A stretch of 64,000 nt of DNA from Malacoraja senta (Eukaryota). A model generated the notes under the pieces. That model saw nothing but the letters and a program-made list of their open reading frames with translations, had not been told where the DNA came from and ran no database searches. The first letter of the stretch is position 1. Each line of letters opens with the position of its first letter. Position numbers and translations under genes: made by a program. The stretch spans positions 4,402,001 through 4,466,000 of the forward strand of contig CM075989.1 of assembly GCA_038087875.1 (NCBI GenBank), given 5' to 3'. Positions 11,899-24,118 of the stretch are shown one piece after another.

Positions 11899-13065
11899 TG
11901 ATGAAAAAACTTGACAGTGACAGCATACTTCACAGTATTCCAGACACTGTTTTTCCATTGAGGAGGCACATTACTGGCCGCCACTAAAACGTTCCACAGT
12001 TTCACAACCTAGCTGGTTGGTGACAAGCATTTCCTGAAGACACTGAGCAATTAATTTCTGTGAAATTTTTGACTTCTTAAAAATGTGAAGATCTTCCATT
12101 TTCTCTCCTTATCATATGTTCCTGCTCAGATTGAGACACGAGTTTGCCGTAAAATATTTCAAAGATTTAATTCAGGTATGAAAAATAATTAGATATAAAA
12201 AAGATACAAAATTATGGGCCGTTGTTTGCTTCCACTTTACCAAAAAATATACAAGGTTTGTTATTCCGAGTATAGCTGTGGTTCTCGTTTCCGCTGGTGT
12301 TGAGAGGCCGGCTTCAGGACCGCAATGCAGAACTCCAGCAAAGCAGAGAAGAAACGGGGGAGAAGGTGAAATTAATCAGTTGCAATGACTGATGCTAAGC
12401 TGGGGTTACAGGAGCTTGTCTCTAGATGCGAGAGGCATACATCAAAGGAGGCAGAATGTTGCAGTTTTGACATGAGAAAAGATTGCATTTATGTAGCATT
12501 TTAAACATACCTTATAGAACATCCCAAGGCATTTGACTTCATGAAAAAGGGTACATTTGAACAGGAGACTGACGTTTTAGATATTTTCGCTCCACATAGT
12601 TGCTCATTAGCACTTATAACTGAATGGTGTCGATTGTCTATTTATATGCTGTATCCTTTTCATTTGTCATTTCCTCAGTGAGAAAAATATACCAATATCT
12701 CCATATTTTGTGGCACAAAATTATGCCATCTTCCCTGACAAAGTGTATCAGATATATTAAACATGAACATACAGCTTGATAAATAGATTCTATAAGTCCG
12801 ACCCCCCAAAAAGTACTAATGCAAATATAAAATTAAACCAACATACAGTAGATAAGCGATAATTTGTTTTTAAATAATGGTCCTTCTAGTTCGTGGTTGA
12901 AGGAAGTCTTTAAGTGTGAAAGCTAATTTCCTCAGAATTAATTCTTTCCTTCCATTTTAATTAAGTCTTTTCTAAATTTTGGTAAATACCTTTGCGGGGT
13001 ATTTAAAATACCTACAATATTTTTGTAGCACTTTCATTGCGTAATATACCAGTATTATGATGATG

Positions 13066-13185
13066 TGAGGAACTGCAGATGCTGTAATCGAGTAAAAGAC
13101 AAAGCACTGGAGTAATGCAATGGGACGGATGGCATCTGTGCAGGGGATGGATAGACAATGTATCGAGTCGGGACCCTTCTTCATC
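13066..13185 (-). mobile_element. Penelope-type arm
   Basis: GGAACTGCAGATGCTG..GGGACCCTTCTTCA. Confidence 0.65.
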
Positions 13186-13339
13186 ACATCTATGCTCTTG
13201 AGGTTGCAACACAAGTTCAAGAAACCAAGTGATCGGTTAGAAACAAATTCCTGTACACAATCAACTAATGAGTTATGTAAGGTGGGGGGTGGGGGGTTGG
13301 AATTTGACCTAATAAATTTATTCTATACATCTTACATTA

Positions 13340-13647
13340 GTGGTGGCGCAGCAGTAGAGGTGCTGCCTCACAGCACCAGAGACCCGGGTTCGATCCTGAC
13401 TACGAGTGCTGTCTGTACGGAGTTGTACGTTCTCCCTATGACCTGCGTGGGTTTTCTCCAGGATCTCCGGTTTCCTCCCTCACTCCAAAGACGTGCAGGT
13501 TTGCAGGTTTGCAGGTTTAGTATAATTGTAAATTGTCCCTAGTTTGTGTAGGATAGTGTTAGTGTGCGGGGATCACTAGTCGACGCAGACTCGATGGGCC
13601 AAAAGGCCTGTTTCCGTGCTGTATCTCTGAACTAAACTAAATTAAAC
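13340..13647 (+). mobile_element. HE1-type V-SINE
   Basis: Head, V-domain and tail are all present. Confidence 0.9.
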
Positions 13648-14021
13648 TCTATAGATAAAAAACAGATACAGATAGAGAGTGTAGGTATGCAGAGAAGAAT
13701 GAGAGAGGATCAGATTTTAAAAAAGATATTCTCATCCACAGGGTGAAAGCGGATGCTCACAATAATGCAGAAGGAATATCTTCCCTCATGGTCCAATTAT
13801 CATCTGCTTTCCGTATGGGACCCTCTCTTCTAATCCAAATACCTGAATTTTGAGAACAAACATATTTGATGTTTTCTGAAACTTCTCACTTTCTCATTGC
13901 CTTCAAAATTTCACGTTAAATCTTCTCCAAATAGCTCAAGCTTGCTGAGAGAAATATTTTAATAGATCTTGGTGGCCAGACTTGATTAAGAAATGGATTT
14001 CAAATGCTCCCTAATTTGAAG

Positions 14022-14210
14022 AGACAAGAAACTGTATATGCTGAAATCTTGCGTGTAGCACATGGCCTGGAGTAACTCAATGGGTCGGGCAGCATCTCTG
14101 GAGGGAATGGACAGATAATGTCCAACTCTTCCAGCTTTCTCCCCCTACTACAATCAGTCTGAAGAAGGGTCCCTACCCAAAAAGTTGCCTATCCATGTCT
14201 TCCAGAGATA
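14022..14210. mobile_element. Penelope-type element, degraded
   Basis: Family arm plus CAGTCTGAAGAAGGGTCCCTACCCAAAA. Confidence 0.6.
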
Positions 14211-14536
14211 CAAGCTGTTTGAGTTTAGTTGAATGTCACATATACCGAGTTACAGTGAAAAATGTTGTTGCGTGCTAACTAACTGAGTTATGCCTAATTT
14301 GACCTAAATTTGTGGATTCAACATTTAGCACATTATAAGTATCAGACCTTATCACCCTGTCTATGCTGTATATGTTCCTGATCTGAAATGCTTGCAATGA
14401 CCATATAATTTGTAGGTACACTGAAAAGTTAGGTCAGACTTTCTGCATCCTCCATTGGCAATATAACACACTGCAAACCATATCATCGGGAATTAACATT
14501 GTTATGACATTTAATACTGAACCACATATTAGGGTA

Positions 14537-14768
14537 AGATAGACACAAAGTGCCGGAGTAACTCAGCAGGTCAGGCAGCATCTCTGGAGAAAAGGGACGG
14601 GTGACGTTTCAGGTCAGAACCCTTCTTCAGATGAAGAAGTCTGAAGTAGGGTCCTGTCCCGAAACATCACCCATCCTTTCTCTCCAGAGATGCTGCCTGA
14701 CCCTGCTGAGTTACTCCAGCATTTTGTGTCTATCTGAGGTATAAACCAACATCTGCAGTTCCGTGCTA
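14537..14768. mobile_element. Penelope-type hairpin element, complete
   Basis: ~95-bp inverted arms (14537-14735) plus a one-sided tail. TSD CACATATTAGGGTA (14523-14536) / CACATATTGAGGTA (14769-14782). Confidence 0.85.
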
Positions 14769-15264
14769 CACATATTGAGGTAGCCGATCAAATGCTTTTA
14801 AGAGGTTTTAAAAGGGAAACAGCATAGAGGCAGAGAGGTTAATGGAAGCAATTTCAGAGCATTGGGCTTGGGAACTAAATGGGTGGTCAATAATGCTGGA
14901 GAGATTAAATTAGGAACAGTGGAGAAGTGCAGAGACCTCTGGAGTGTACGGGGTGATCGCTGGTCAGCATGGAACCGGTGGGTCGAAGTCACTCCAGCAC
15001 TTTGTGTTTGGCTCAAGTCATGGTGGGAGTTGAGAAACTCCGAACCTGACGTGAGAGGGCTGCCATGGACATTACACTACAAGGCCGAGAATGATAACCT
15101 GCCTACTGTATTTTTCCCATTGCTCCATTATTGTACGGGTTTGGCTTGATTGTATTCATATATAGTTTTATCTGATTTGATTGCATTGCTTGCAACGCCG
15201 CTTTTCACTGTGCGTCACTACACAGGTCAATAATAAACCTAAAACTAAGCTTCATTGACCGAAT

Positions 15265-15941
15265 GGCACAGATATTAGGCCTGCTGCCCCACAGCACCAA
15301 AGATCCGAGTTCGATCCTGACCTCAGGTGTTATCTGCATGGAGTTTGCACGTTCTCCCTATGACTGGACAAGCTAGATGCAGGAAAAATGTTCCCAATGT
15401 TGGGCGAGTCCAGAACCAGGGGCCACAGTCTTATAATAAAGGGGAGGCCATTTAAGACTGAGGTGAGATAAAACTTTTTCACCCAGAGAGTTGTGAATTT
15501 GTGGAATTCCCTGCCACAGAGGGCAGTGGAGGCCAAATCACTGGATGGATTTAAGAGTGAGTTAGATAGAGCTCTAGGGGCTAGTGGAATCAAGGGATAT
15601 GGGGAGAAGGCACGCATGGGTTATTGATTGGGGACGATCAGCCATGATCGCAATGAATGGCGGTGCTGGCACGAAGGGCCGAATGGCCTCCTCCTGCACC
15701 TATTTTCTATGTTTCTATGACTGCCCGGGTTTCCCTCCGGCTGCGCCGGTTTCCTCCCACAACCCAAAGATGTGCGGGTTTGCAGGTCGGTTGGCCTCTG
15801 CAAAATTGTCCCTTGTGTGCAGGGAGCGGGTGAGAAAGTGAGATAACATAGAACTAGTGACAGCGGGTGATCGATGGTCAGTGTGGACTTGGTGGGCCGA
15901 AGGGCCTGTTTCCATGCTGCATCTCTAAACTGAACTAAACC
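15265..15941 (+). mobile_element. HE1-type V-SINE split by a CR1 insertion
   Basis: SINE head at 15265-15366. The V-domain resumes at 15724. Confidence 0.85.
15367..15714 (+). mobile_element. Young CR1 3' fragment
   Basis: Near-identical to 59430-59789. CTATGACTG is duplicated at 15358-15366 and 15715-15723. Confidence 0.9.
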
Positions 15942-16792
15942 AAATGACAATGACCAAGTTTGGAAGGTTTAGAGCAATTTCATTATTTTTACAAACTTTT
16001 ATTCCCAATTGATATTACTGAAAGTCTGCTGCTGAGAAAAACTTCCTGCCCTTTGTAACTCTTAAAGAACTCTGTGAATGAAACACTCCTCTGCTAATCT
16101 TGTGGTTTGGAGTTTAGACTGAGTGTTTGCTTCAGAGTTATTGCATCATGTATTGAGCAGCCTTTGTAGTTAGTGTGTTACACCTTCCTTTCATCTTCCA
16201 GGCGGCTTTCCAAATAGAACCTCACAACTCTGCCTTAAACACTTGACTCTGACTCTGTTGAGCAGTCGGGTACTGGACCGCATCCCAGAGGTGTGTTCAG
16301 AACTCCAACAAAGAAGCGGTTAACTTTATTTCAATGAAGGCTGATCGTTTGTGGTCTGGCAGCGAGGAAGCTGCTGGCTTCTTGCAGAATCAAAGAATGG
16401 GAGAAATTTGGGGTACAGAAGGAAGCCATTTAACTTTTCAAAACCCTATCGGCCAAAGAAATGCAATTGAAGAAAATCTTACCTCTCAACACTCAATCCA
16501 TAGTTTTGAACATTATTACACATCGGGTGATTTTTTTAAATATTTGGAGAGTTTATACCTCTTCCCCTCTACAGACTATGTTCCAGATTTCCTCTACTCT
16601 AGTTTCTCCTCAATGTTCCTCTTAATTTTTTGCCCATTACCCCAAAGATTTGCTGCCAGATTAATAACCTGATTAACCTCAGTTATTAATCTCCCAATCC
16701 TGCATGTAGCTGCTCTTTCACACTTCACTCAAACACAAAATCCCATTAAACCATCTTGGGGTGGACAAGGTCCCATTAGGACAGATCCCATA

Positions 16793-17108
16793 GGGCGGCA
16801 CGGTGGCGCAGCGGTAGAGCAACTGCCTTACAGCGCCAGAGACCCGGGTTCGATCCTGACCACAGGTGCTGTCTGTACAAAGTTTGTACCTTCTCCCCGT
16901 GGGTTTTATCCGAGATCTTCGGTTTCCTCCCACACACCAAAGACGTACAGGTTTGTAGGTTAATAGGGCTTGGTATACATGTAAATTGTCCCCAGTGTGT
17001 GTTGGATAGTGTTAGTGTGCGGGGATCACTGGTCAGTGCAGACTCAGTGGGCCGAAGGGCCTATTTCCATGTTGTATCTTTAAACTAAACTAAACTAAAC
17101 TAAACTAA
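16793..17108 (+). mobile_element. HE1-type V-SINE, full length
   Basis: GGGCGGCACGGTGGCGCAGCGGTAGAG head, B-box GGTTCGATCC, V-domain, and (AAACT)n tail. Confidence 0.95.
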
Positions 17109-17475
17109 AATATAAATATGCAGAACCAAATACTATTCACTGATAATCCTGTTAGTCTGGCTGTTTGCAAATAGCATTGAATACACCTACCATTCAAGTA
17201 TGCAACCCTGAGCAAATCTACCTCCTGTTTTGGCCCCACTGCCTATATTCCCTCCCATTCACACCTAGTCATTGGCCACTTTCCATCTTTATTCAAAGCA
17301 CATCGGATTAAATTTCACCACATCCTCCTCCCCGCTTAGAGATTTAAATCGACTACCTTGAAGCAAATTACCGATCAAATTTCCTTCAGCAGATCCTGAG
17401 GTTAATTGAAGGTCAGAGAAAACTAATAGGACACAACTGACTCTATCTGTCATGATTAGAAATGTGTTGGTGTGG

Positions 17476-17685
17476 CCAGAGCAGTGCTGAACTACGATCT
17501 ATCCTTGATCGGACCTTGCAGGCTTTACCTTGCTCCAAACGTTATTCCCTTATCATGTATCTATACACTGTAAATGGCTCGATTGTAATCATGTATTGTC
17601 TTTCTGCTGTCTGGTGAGCACACAACAAAAGCTTTTCACTGTATCTCGGTACACGTGACATTAAACTAAACTGAAACTAAAACTG
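17476..17685 (+). mobile_element. Retroelement 3' end with Rex1-type tail
   Basis: CCAGAGCAGTGCTGAACTAC..GCTTTTCACTGTATCTCGGTACACGTGACATTAAACTAAAC. Paralogues at 43630 and 50970. Confidence 0.7.
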
Positions 17686-18039
17686 AGTTTGTGACACTAG
17701 AGGTCTTACGGATGTTAGAAGGTAAACATGGAACGTAATCTACCCAGTAACATAATTTGTATGGAGAAACATTATATCCAGTGACACGTCACTATTTAGA
17801 AATTAGATTTCCCTCTTTCTCGCTGCACTAGATATTTTCTATCTGGATCAATCCCCTGTGATCAAGGAAAGCTACTTTGTTCTGAGTTCTTATGGAGAAC
17901 TTTGACCCAAAACATTGACGATTTTCGTTTCCTCCGACAGATGCTCTTGAACCAGCTGGGATCCTCCAGCAGATTGGTGGTTGCTGTGTCTACTCCAATA
18001 TCTACTGCAGTTCTTTGGGTTCTGAGGTGACCGGTGGCT

Positions 18040-18350
18040 TGCACAGTAGCACAGATGGTTGAGCCACTGCCTCACAGCGCCAGAGACCCAGGTTTGATCC
18101 TGTCCTCGGGTGGGTGCTATCTGCGTGGAGTTTGCACGTTTTCCCTGTGATTGCCTGGGTATCCTCCCACATCCCAAAGACTTGCGATTGGGTATCCTCC
18201 CACATCCCAAAGACTTGCAGGTTTGTAGGTTCATTGGAATCTGTAAATTGCCCCTTTTGTGTAGAGAATGCATTTGAAATTGATTTAACATAGTACTAAT
18301 GTGAATAGGGATCAAAAGTGGACGAAGGGCCTGATTCCATGCTTTATGTG
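18040..18350 (+). mobile_element. HE1-type V-SINE, old, with an internal ~33-bp tandem duplication
   Basis: TGGGTATCCTCCCACATCCCAAAGACTTGC occurs twice in ~18156-18218. Confidence 0.8.
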
Positions 18351-18361
18351 TTTGTATGAAT

Positions 18362-18370
<9 letters not shown>

Positions 18371-18441
<71 letters not shown>
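18371..18441. repeat. (TA)n microsatellite, ~35 units
   Basis: Directly visible. Confidence 0.98.
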
Positions 18442-18443
<2 letters not shown>

Positions 18444-18656
18444 TTTTATATTTTTCACCAACTGAGTTTGATCAGGGCCATGATGCTGGGGACATTGGCC
18501 TGGGAGAGGATTCTGATGATGCTTCACTTTGCCTACCAGCAGGAGTGGGGAATTTTATGAAACATTTATTTCATGATATACTGTATCTCCAGCTCTGAAC
18601 AAGGTCCCAACTTGACTCATCGCCCATCCATGTCCACCAGTGATGCTGCCTGTCCC

Positions 18657-18915
18657 ACCCAGTCCACACCGACCAGCGGTCCAATACACTTGCACTGCCC
18701 GACACACTAGGGACAATTTATAATTTTTACCAAAGCCAATTAACCTATAAACCTGTATGTCTTTGGAGTGTGGGAGAAAACCAGAGCACCCGGAGAAAAC
18801 CCACACAGTCACGGAGAGAGCGTACTAACTTAGTATAGATGGCACTCGCAGTCTGGATCGGACCGGGATCTCTGGCACTATGAGGCAACAACTCCACCAC
18901 TGCATCACCATGCCA
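18657..18915 (-). mobile_element. HE1-type V-SINE
   Basis: Reverse complement of the family consensus. Confidence 0.8.
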
Positions 18916-18921
18916 CCACTA

Positions 18922-19148
18922 TTGTTTAATAGCCTGATGGCTGTGGGGAAGAAGCTGCCCCTGAACCTGGATATTACAGTTTTTCAGGCTCCGATACCTC
19001 TTCCCAATGGCAGGAGTGAATAGAGAGTGTGGGTCTCAGATGATACTGGCTGCCTTTTTGAGGCAGCAACTCTCACAGATCCCTTCGATGATGGGGAGGT
19101 CAGTACCTGTTATGGACTGGGCAGTGTTCACCCCTGTTTACAATCTTC
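18922..19148 (-). mobile_element. Rex1-type LINE fragment
   Basis: TGTTTAATAGCCTGATGGCTGTGGGGAAGAAG matches 45541 onward. Confidence 0.8.
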
Positions 19149-19702
19149 AGGGATGGGGAAAATATCAGATGCGCTCAAATGAATTGCGCAAAGTGCCTGT
19201 ACCAATATCCTTCTGGGCCCAATCTCACGTGCGAGGTGTCACCTAACTCTGTGAAATCACTTCTGTTTGTACTGTACAATTGAAAATGGACACTGATGGA
19301 TCCAATTTCAGGCGTATGCATTTAGGAGTTCTATGTACAGCAATTCTTTATGAAAAAATGCCAATCATATCTATGAACACATTATATATTCAAGACCAGA
19401 GAACCTGAATAATATTGTTTTATGTAATACATGCAGAGGTATGCTTCTCAGCAACAGACTATTTTTTCGAAATGCATCATATTACAACAGCCTATTCCAC
19501 AACAGTGTATAGATTGGGTTTCTCTCTTCGAGCAAGATCTCCAGAAGGGTGAGCACGGGGACAATGTTTCCATGTTAAAGTGCTTAATTAACATTATGCA
19601 CTTTAACCTGGGACTGATAAAAAGTATTACACCTGAGATGAAGTGCATTTATTTTCGGCTTAGCCATGGTTTCTCACTACTTCATTAAAGGAAAGAGCAT
19701 CG

Positions 19703-20058
19703 AACGTAGAACATAGCACAGTACAGCTCAGAAACAGGCCCTTCAGCCCACAATGCCCATGCCGAGCATGATGCCAAGTTAAACTAATCTCTGTATAAAC
19801 GTGATCCATATCCTTCCATTCCCTGCATATCCATGTGCCTATCCTATATCCATTAAAACGCCACCATCATGTCTGCCTCCACCACTCCCTTTGGCAGTGC
19901 ATTCCAGGCACCCACCACTCCCTGTAAAAAATCTGCTCCGCACATCACCTTAAAACTTTGCCCCTCTCACCTTAGACCTCTGCCCTCCAGCCTTTGATAT
20001 TTCGACCCTGGGAAAAAGGATCTGACTGATGCCTCTTATCATTTTATAAATCTTTAGG
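19703..20058 (-). mobile_element. CR1 3' end (second subfamily)
   Basis: AACAGGCCCTTCAGCCCACAATG..GCATTCCAGGCACCCACCACTC. Paralogues at 34792, 39932 and 49135. Confidence 0.8.
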
Positions 20059-20067
20059 TCCCTTCAT

Positions 20068-20545
20068 TTAGCTTAGTTTAGTTTAGTTTAGATATTCAGT
20101 GTGGAAACAGGCTCTTTGGCCCACTGAGTCCACGCCGCCTTGCGATCCCCGTCCATTAACACTATCCTACGCACTAGTGATAATTTTACACTAGAGTTTG
20201 TATGTTCTCCCCGTGAGCTGTGTGTGTTTTCTCCGGGTGCTCCTGTTTCTTCCCACACTCCAAAGACATACAGGTTTGTATGTTAATTGGCTTTGTAAAA
20301 TTGTAAATTGTCCCTAGTGTGTGTAGGATAGGGTTAGTGTGCAGGGATCGCTGGTCGGCACGGACACGGTGGGCCGAAGAGCCTGTTTCCACACTGTATC
20401 TCCAAAGACTAGTGTAAAATTGTCACTAGTGAGTAGGATAGTGTTGGTGTGTGGAGATCGCTTGTCGGTGCGGACTCCGTGGGCTGAAGGGCCTGTTTCC
20501 GTGTTGTATCTCCAAACTAAACTAACTAAACTAAACTAAACTAAA
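20068..20545. mobile_element. Rearranged HE1 cluster: two inverted tails with a central SINE body
   Basis: Minus-strand tail 20068-20194, plus-strand body 20195-20407, plus-strand tail 20408-20545. Confidence 0.8.
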
Positions 20546-20594
20546 TAAGAACCCATTGCAGGAGAGTTCCGTGTATTTTGAAAGCAAAAAGCAA

Positions 20595-20990
20595 AGGTTC
20601 AAATGTTTCAAAGGACTGTCGAACCATCCGCAGTCCGGGATATCGAAGTTCCTGTGGCTTAGAGCTCCCGAAGTCGATCTCTTACCAGAGACCGCGAGCC
20701 CCACGATGTTAAGTCCACAGTGTCCCGCGGTTGTAGCTCCCAAAGTCGATCTCCAGCAGAGGCTGCCAGCCCCACAATGTTTGGCCACAGTGCGGACGGG
20801 AGATACGATACTGGAAATAAATCGCAACTCTGTCGAGGTAAGAGATTAAAGAAAAGTTCCCCCCCCCCCCCCCACCACATAAAATAAGAACACTAAAACA
20901 TACTTTTAACACATACTACAAAACAACAAAGAAGGAATGGACGAGACAGACTGTTGGCGAGGCAGCCATTGCTGGCTCCACCTGATGGTC
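20595..20990 (-). mobile_element. GC-rich non-autonomous retroelement, 5' part
   Basis: GCTCCCGAAGTC, CCACGATGTT and AGACAGACTGT are shared with 2986-3570. Confidence 0.65.
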
Positions 20991-21436
20991 GGTGAAGTGG
21001 GAGCAGAACAAGTGTCCCCTCTGTTTCCAGAGTCCCCAGTGTTCCATTCCACAATCTTCTCACTGAAGTCCATCACTCCATGGAGAAGCCCACTGGACCC
21101 TTTGGTTCCATCCCTATCGCCCATAACCCAAGTATCAAAAGAATCAATGAAAGAGCTGGGCCAAGAAAAAAAGGAGTGGTTTTATTCTGGGTAAACCCAG
21201 CGAATGTAACATGGGCAAGAATAGAGCACTTCACAAATTGAAATGGCCGTGAGATAAAGCCTGTCGGGGTGGGGAGGGGGGGGGGGGGGGGCAGCAAGGC
21301 ACTTCATGCCAAAGTGAATGGAGGGTTCTCATAATTTTTCTGTCTCAGAAGAGGCGGATGCAGGCTGAGGGTGCAACTTGACGCGGTGCACCCCACTATT
21401 GTTGGGGACGGAGGGTTAAAGATCATCGCAGCGTGC

Positions 21437-21455
21437 AGTTTGCATTATGCAAACT
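21437..21455. promoter_or_regulatory. Perfect 19-bp inverted repeat of octamer-like half-sites (candidate POU dimer site)
   Basis: AGTTTGCAT-T-ATGCAAACT, in a repeat-free block. Confidence 0.35.
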
Positions 21456-22860
21456 TTTTTTTTCTCTCTCTCCCTGGATGCGACTCAAGGAAGCCTTTAT
21501 TAGACTCCGTACATTGAAATTCCAGCACAGTACCGAAGGCTTTTCCTCTTTTAAAAAAAAAAACAGTTTTGAAAGGCGAAGTGCACTAGCTGTTGTGTGA
21601 GAGTGTGATAGACAGCCGCACAATGGGCCACTGTGACTCTGGCCCTCCTGCACACTACATAATACTATTTGTGCAAAAGGAGGGGGGGGGGAAATCACAG
21701 AACAGGCAGTTGGCTGTGACACACAAAACTGTATTGCGCGCTTTTGGCAGACAAAGCTCCTGAGAAAAAAATATCTGTGTTGTTCGCATTGCAAAAAAAA
21801 TTCTTATTTTGAAAATGTCTCCTGTCTGCAACGGTTGAACAGGGTATCGGAAACAAGGCTACAGTTTTATGAGGGTTTGTTTTACTGTAGATCACAGGAA
21901 AAAGGGAATGAACTTAATGTTGACCTTGAATAAAGGTGGGGGGGGGGGGTAGGCGTAGGGCGGTGGGTGAGTGGGGGGTTAGAATGGGGGCAACAAATAA
22001 CACAACAGCGACAGCTGTACAAAGCTAAGATTGGATAAGTGCACAGCGGCCCAGTTATTAATCTGCCTTGTGTTGTAAAATAGAGGGGAACCAAGACATG
22101 AATGCTTCACAAAGATCTTTCTGGAAATTTCTCTGGCTCCGTAAACAGGCTCTCCGGATGCAGGCTTGCGATAACTATGGAAGGAGACAAATGCAGCATT
22201 GTAGGAGCAGTGCTGACTGCTTTAGGAGGACTGTAGATGGCAGTGTTGGGGAAGCATCACCCTTGGAAGCACCTTCCTTCAAATGTGACCTAAATTAACT
22301 GAGATGCAGCTACAACACAGCACGATTTATTTTTATGGCTTTGATTTCAAACAAAGAAATTGCGCACAACTTCTTGGACATCCGGTCAAATATTGAAGGC
22401 TGCCCACAAAGTTACTGCAAGCTGCAATGTCAATCATCAGACCAGGCGCCTTTTGTTACTATTGATCAACAAAATACAGGAATCGGAACTGATTCTGTTT
22501 CTGTTTGAGAGGAGGACTTATTCTCTATTTATTGCAGAGACTAAGTCATTCAGGAAGCGGCCAGCTTGCAGCCTTCAGCTGGATCCACACACTGTGACTT
22601 TCAGTTGCAGGTCACTGTCTAGCATGGTGGTGACTCCATTTTCCCAACGACACAGCCAGAAGCCCAGACCCAAGTCTTCCTCACTTCATAAGCCAAGCAG
22701 GACTGATCAGCATTGACTACCGTGTGTCCCTGCAGAAAGGGTTAAAGATAATACGCAAAGGATGTCTGGTTATAAGGGACTCTTGTCAGATGCTAAGGAA
22801 CAAGCAATCCCCTGGTCTTTTGATAACTGTATGGCGTGTGGAATATGACAACATTTGAAG

Positions 22861-23061
22861 GTGTAGGAAGGAACTGCAGATGCTGGTTTAAATTGAAGTT
22901 AGACACAAAACGCTGGAGTAACTCAGCAGGTCAGGCAGCATCTCTGGAGAAAAGGAATAGGTGACATTTCGGGAAGGGTTTTGACCTGAAATGTCACCTA
23001 TTCCTTTTCTCCTGATAAGCCGTCTGACCCGCTGAGTTACTCCAGCCTTTTGTGTCTATTG
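22861..23061. mobile_element. Penelope-type hairpin element with a central deletion
   Basis: Inverted arms. TSD TGACAACATTTGAAG (22846-22860) / TGACGAAATTTGAAG (23062-23076). Confidence 0.85.
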
Positions 23062-23464
23062 TGACGAAATTTGAAGCAGGAATAAAATTTTAAAGAGGAT
23101 TTAATTGTGCCATTTGTCCATTAACCGTTGTACCGTCTCAAATACACCGTCTGAATGCAACGCTGCTGTTTATAATGTTCATAACCACTGGATTTACAAT
23201 GTAATTGTGCACAACAGACACATTGCCGTAAAGGGAAAGGATTACTGGGGTGATCAGCTTTATTACTAAGAGGTACCTAGGCCTCTCCAACACTATTTAC
23301 TTTGAAATAAAATCAGAGGCGTCTTTGGCAAAAAGGAAAACTCTTGTATATTTAGTGGAAGTTTTCTCTAAGGGAGGGGGGTGTGCGTGTGTGCTGCACA
23401 CTTATAGTAAGAAAGCAGACCCCAAATATTAGCCTTCCCTTGTTCAGTATATGTGTTCAGTGTT

Positions 23465-23927
23465 CAGGGACAGCTTCATCTCTACAGCCATCAGGCCATT
23501 AAATGCTGCAACCTTCAAATAAGCTCTGAATTACTTGATTTGGGAGCATTGGTTTTCTCTTTTTGCACTGTTATTGTTTGTTTGTTTTTATGTGTGTGTA
23601 TATATGTGTGTATATATATCTGTATATATATGTAGATATGCGCATGTGTGTATGTGTATATACGTGTGTAAATATGCGTGTGTATATACTGTATGTATAT
23701 ATGTGTGTGTATAGACACACTGAACTTTTTCTTTTGTTCTCTTGAACTTTATACTTGAACGAGCCATTAGTCAATCCTTATGATCTCCAAATGTACCATT
23801 CCATGGACCCCATCTTATCTTTTGTCTTTTTGCACTATTATTGTTTGTTTGTTTTTATGTGTGTATATATATATGTGTGTGTGTAGATATGCGTGTGTAT
23901 ATACAGTATATACTGTATATATATATA

Positions 23928-23983
<56 letters not shown>

Positions 23984-24118
23984 CACACACTGAACTTTTT
24001 CTTCTCGTTCATTATATTGTTTAAAGTGTACTATGTTCACATATTCTGTCGTGCTGCTGCAACTAAGAATTTCATTGTTCTCTCTGGGACATCTGACAAT
24101 AAAACACTCTTGAATCTC
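23465..24118 (+). mobile_element. Rex1-type LINE 3' UTR, partly duplicated, with TA/TG microsatellites
   Basis: CAGCCATCAGGCCATTAAA, then two copies of TTTTGCACT..TTATTGTTTGTTTG..CACACTGAACTTTTTCTT, then tail AAGAATTTCATTGT..GACAATAAAACACTCTTGA. Confidence 0.75.

Noticed and set aside
14537..14735. miRNA precursor or intrinsic terminator
   Set aside because: The hairpin belongs to a high-copy repeat with TSDs, and nothing indicates processing.
16793..16865. tRNA gene
   Set aside because: The A- and B-boxes run directly into the V-domain and LINE tail, so this is a SINE head. The same applies to all copies.
17890..18598. ORFs with IYIY runs
   Set aside because: These are translations of a (TA)n microsatellite and SINE sequence.
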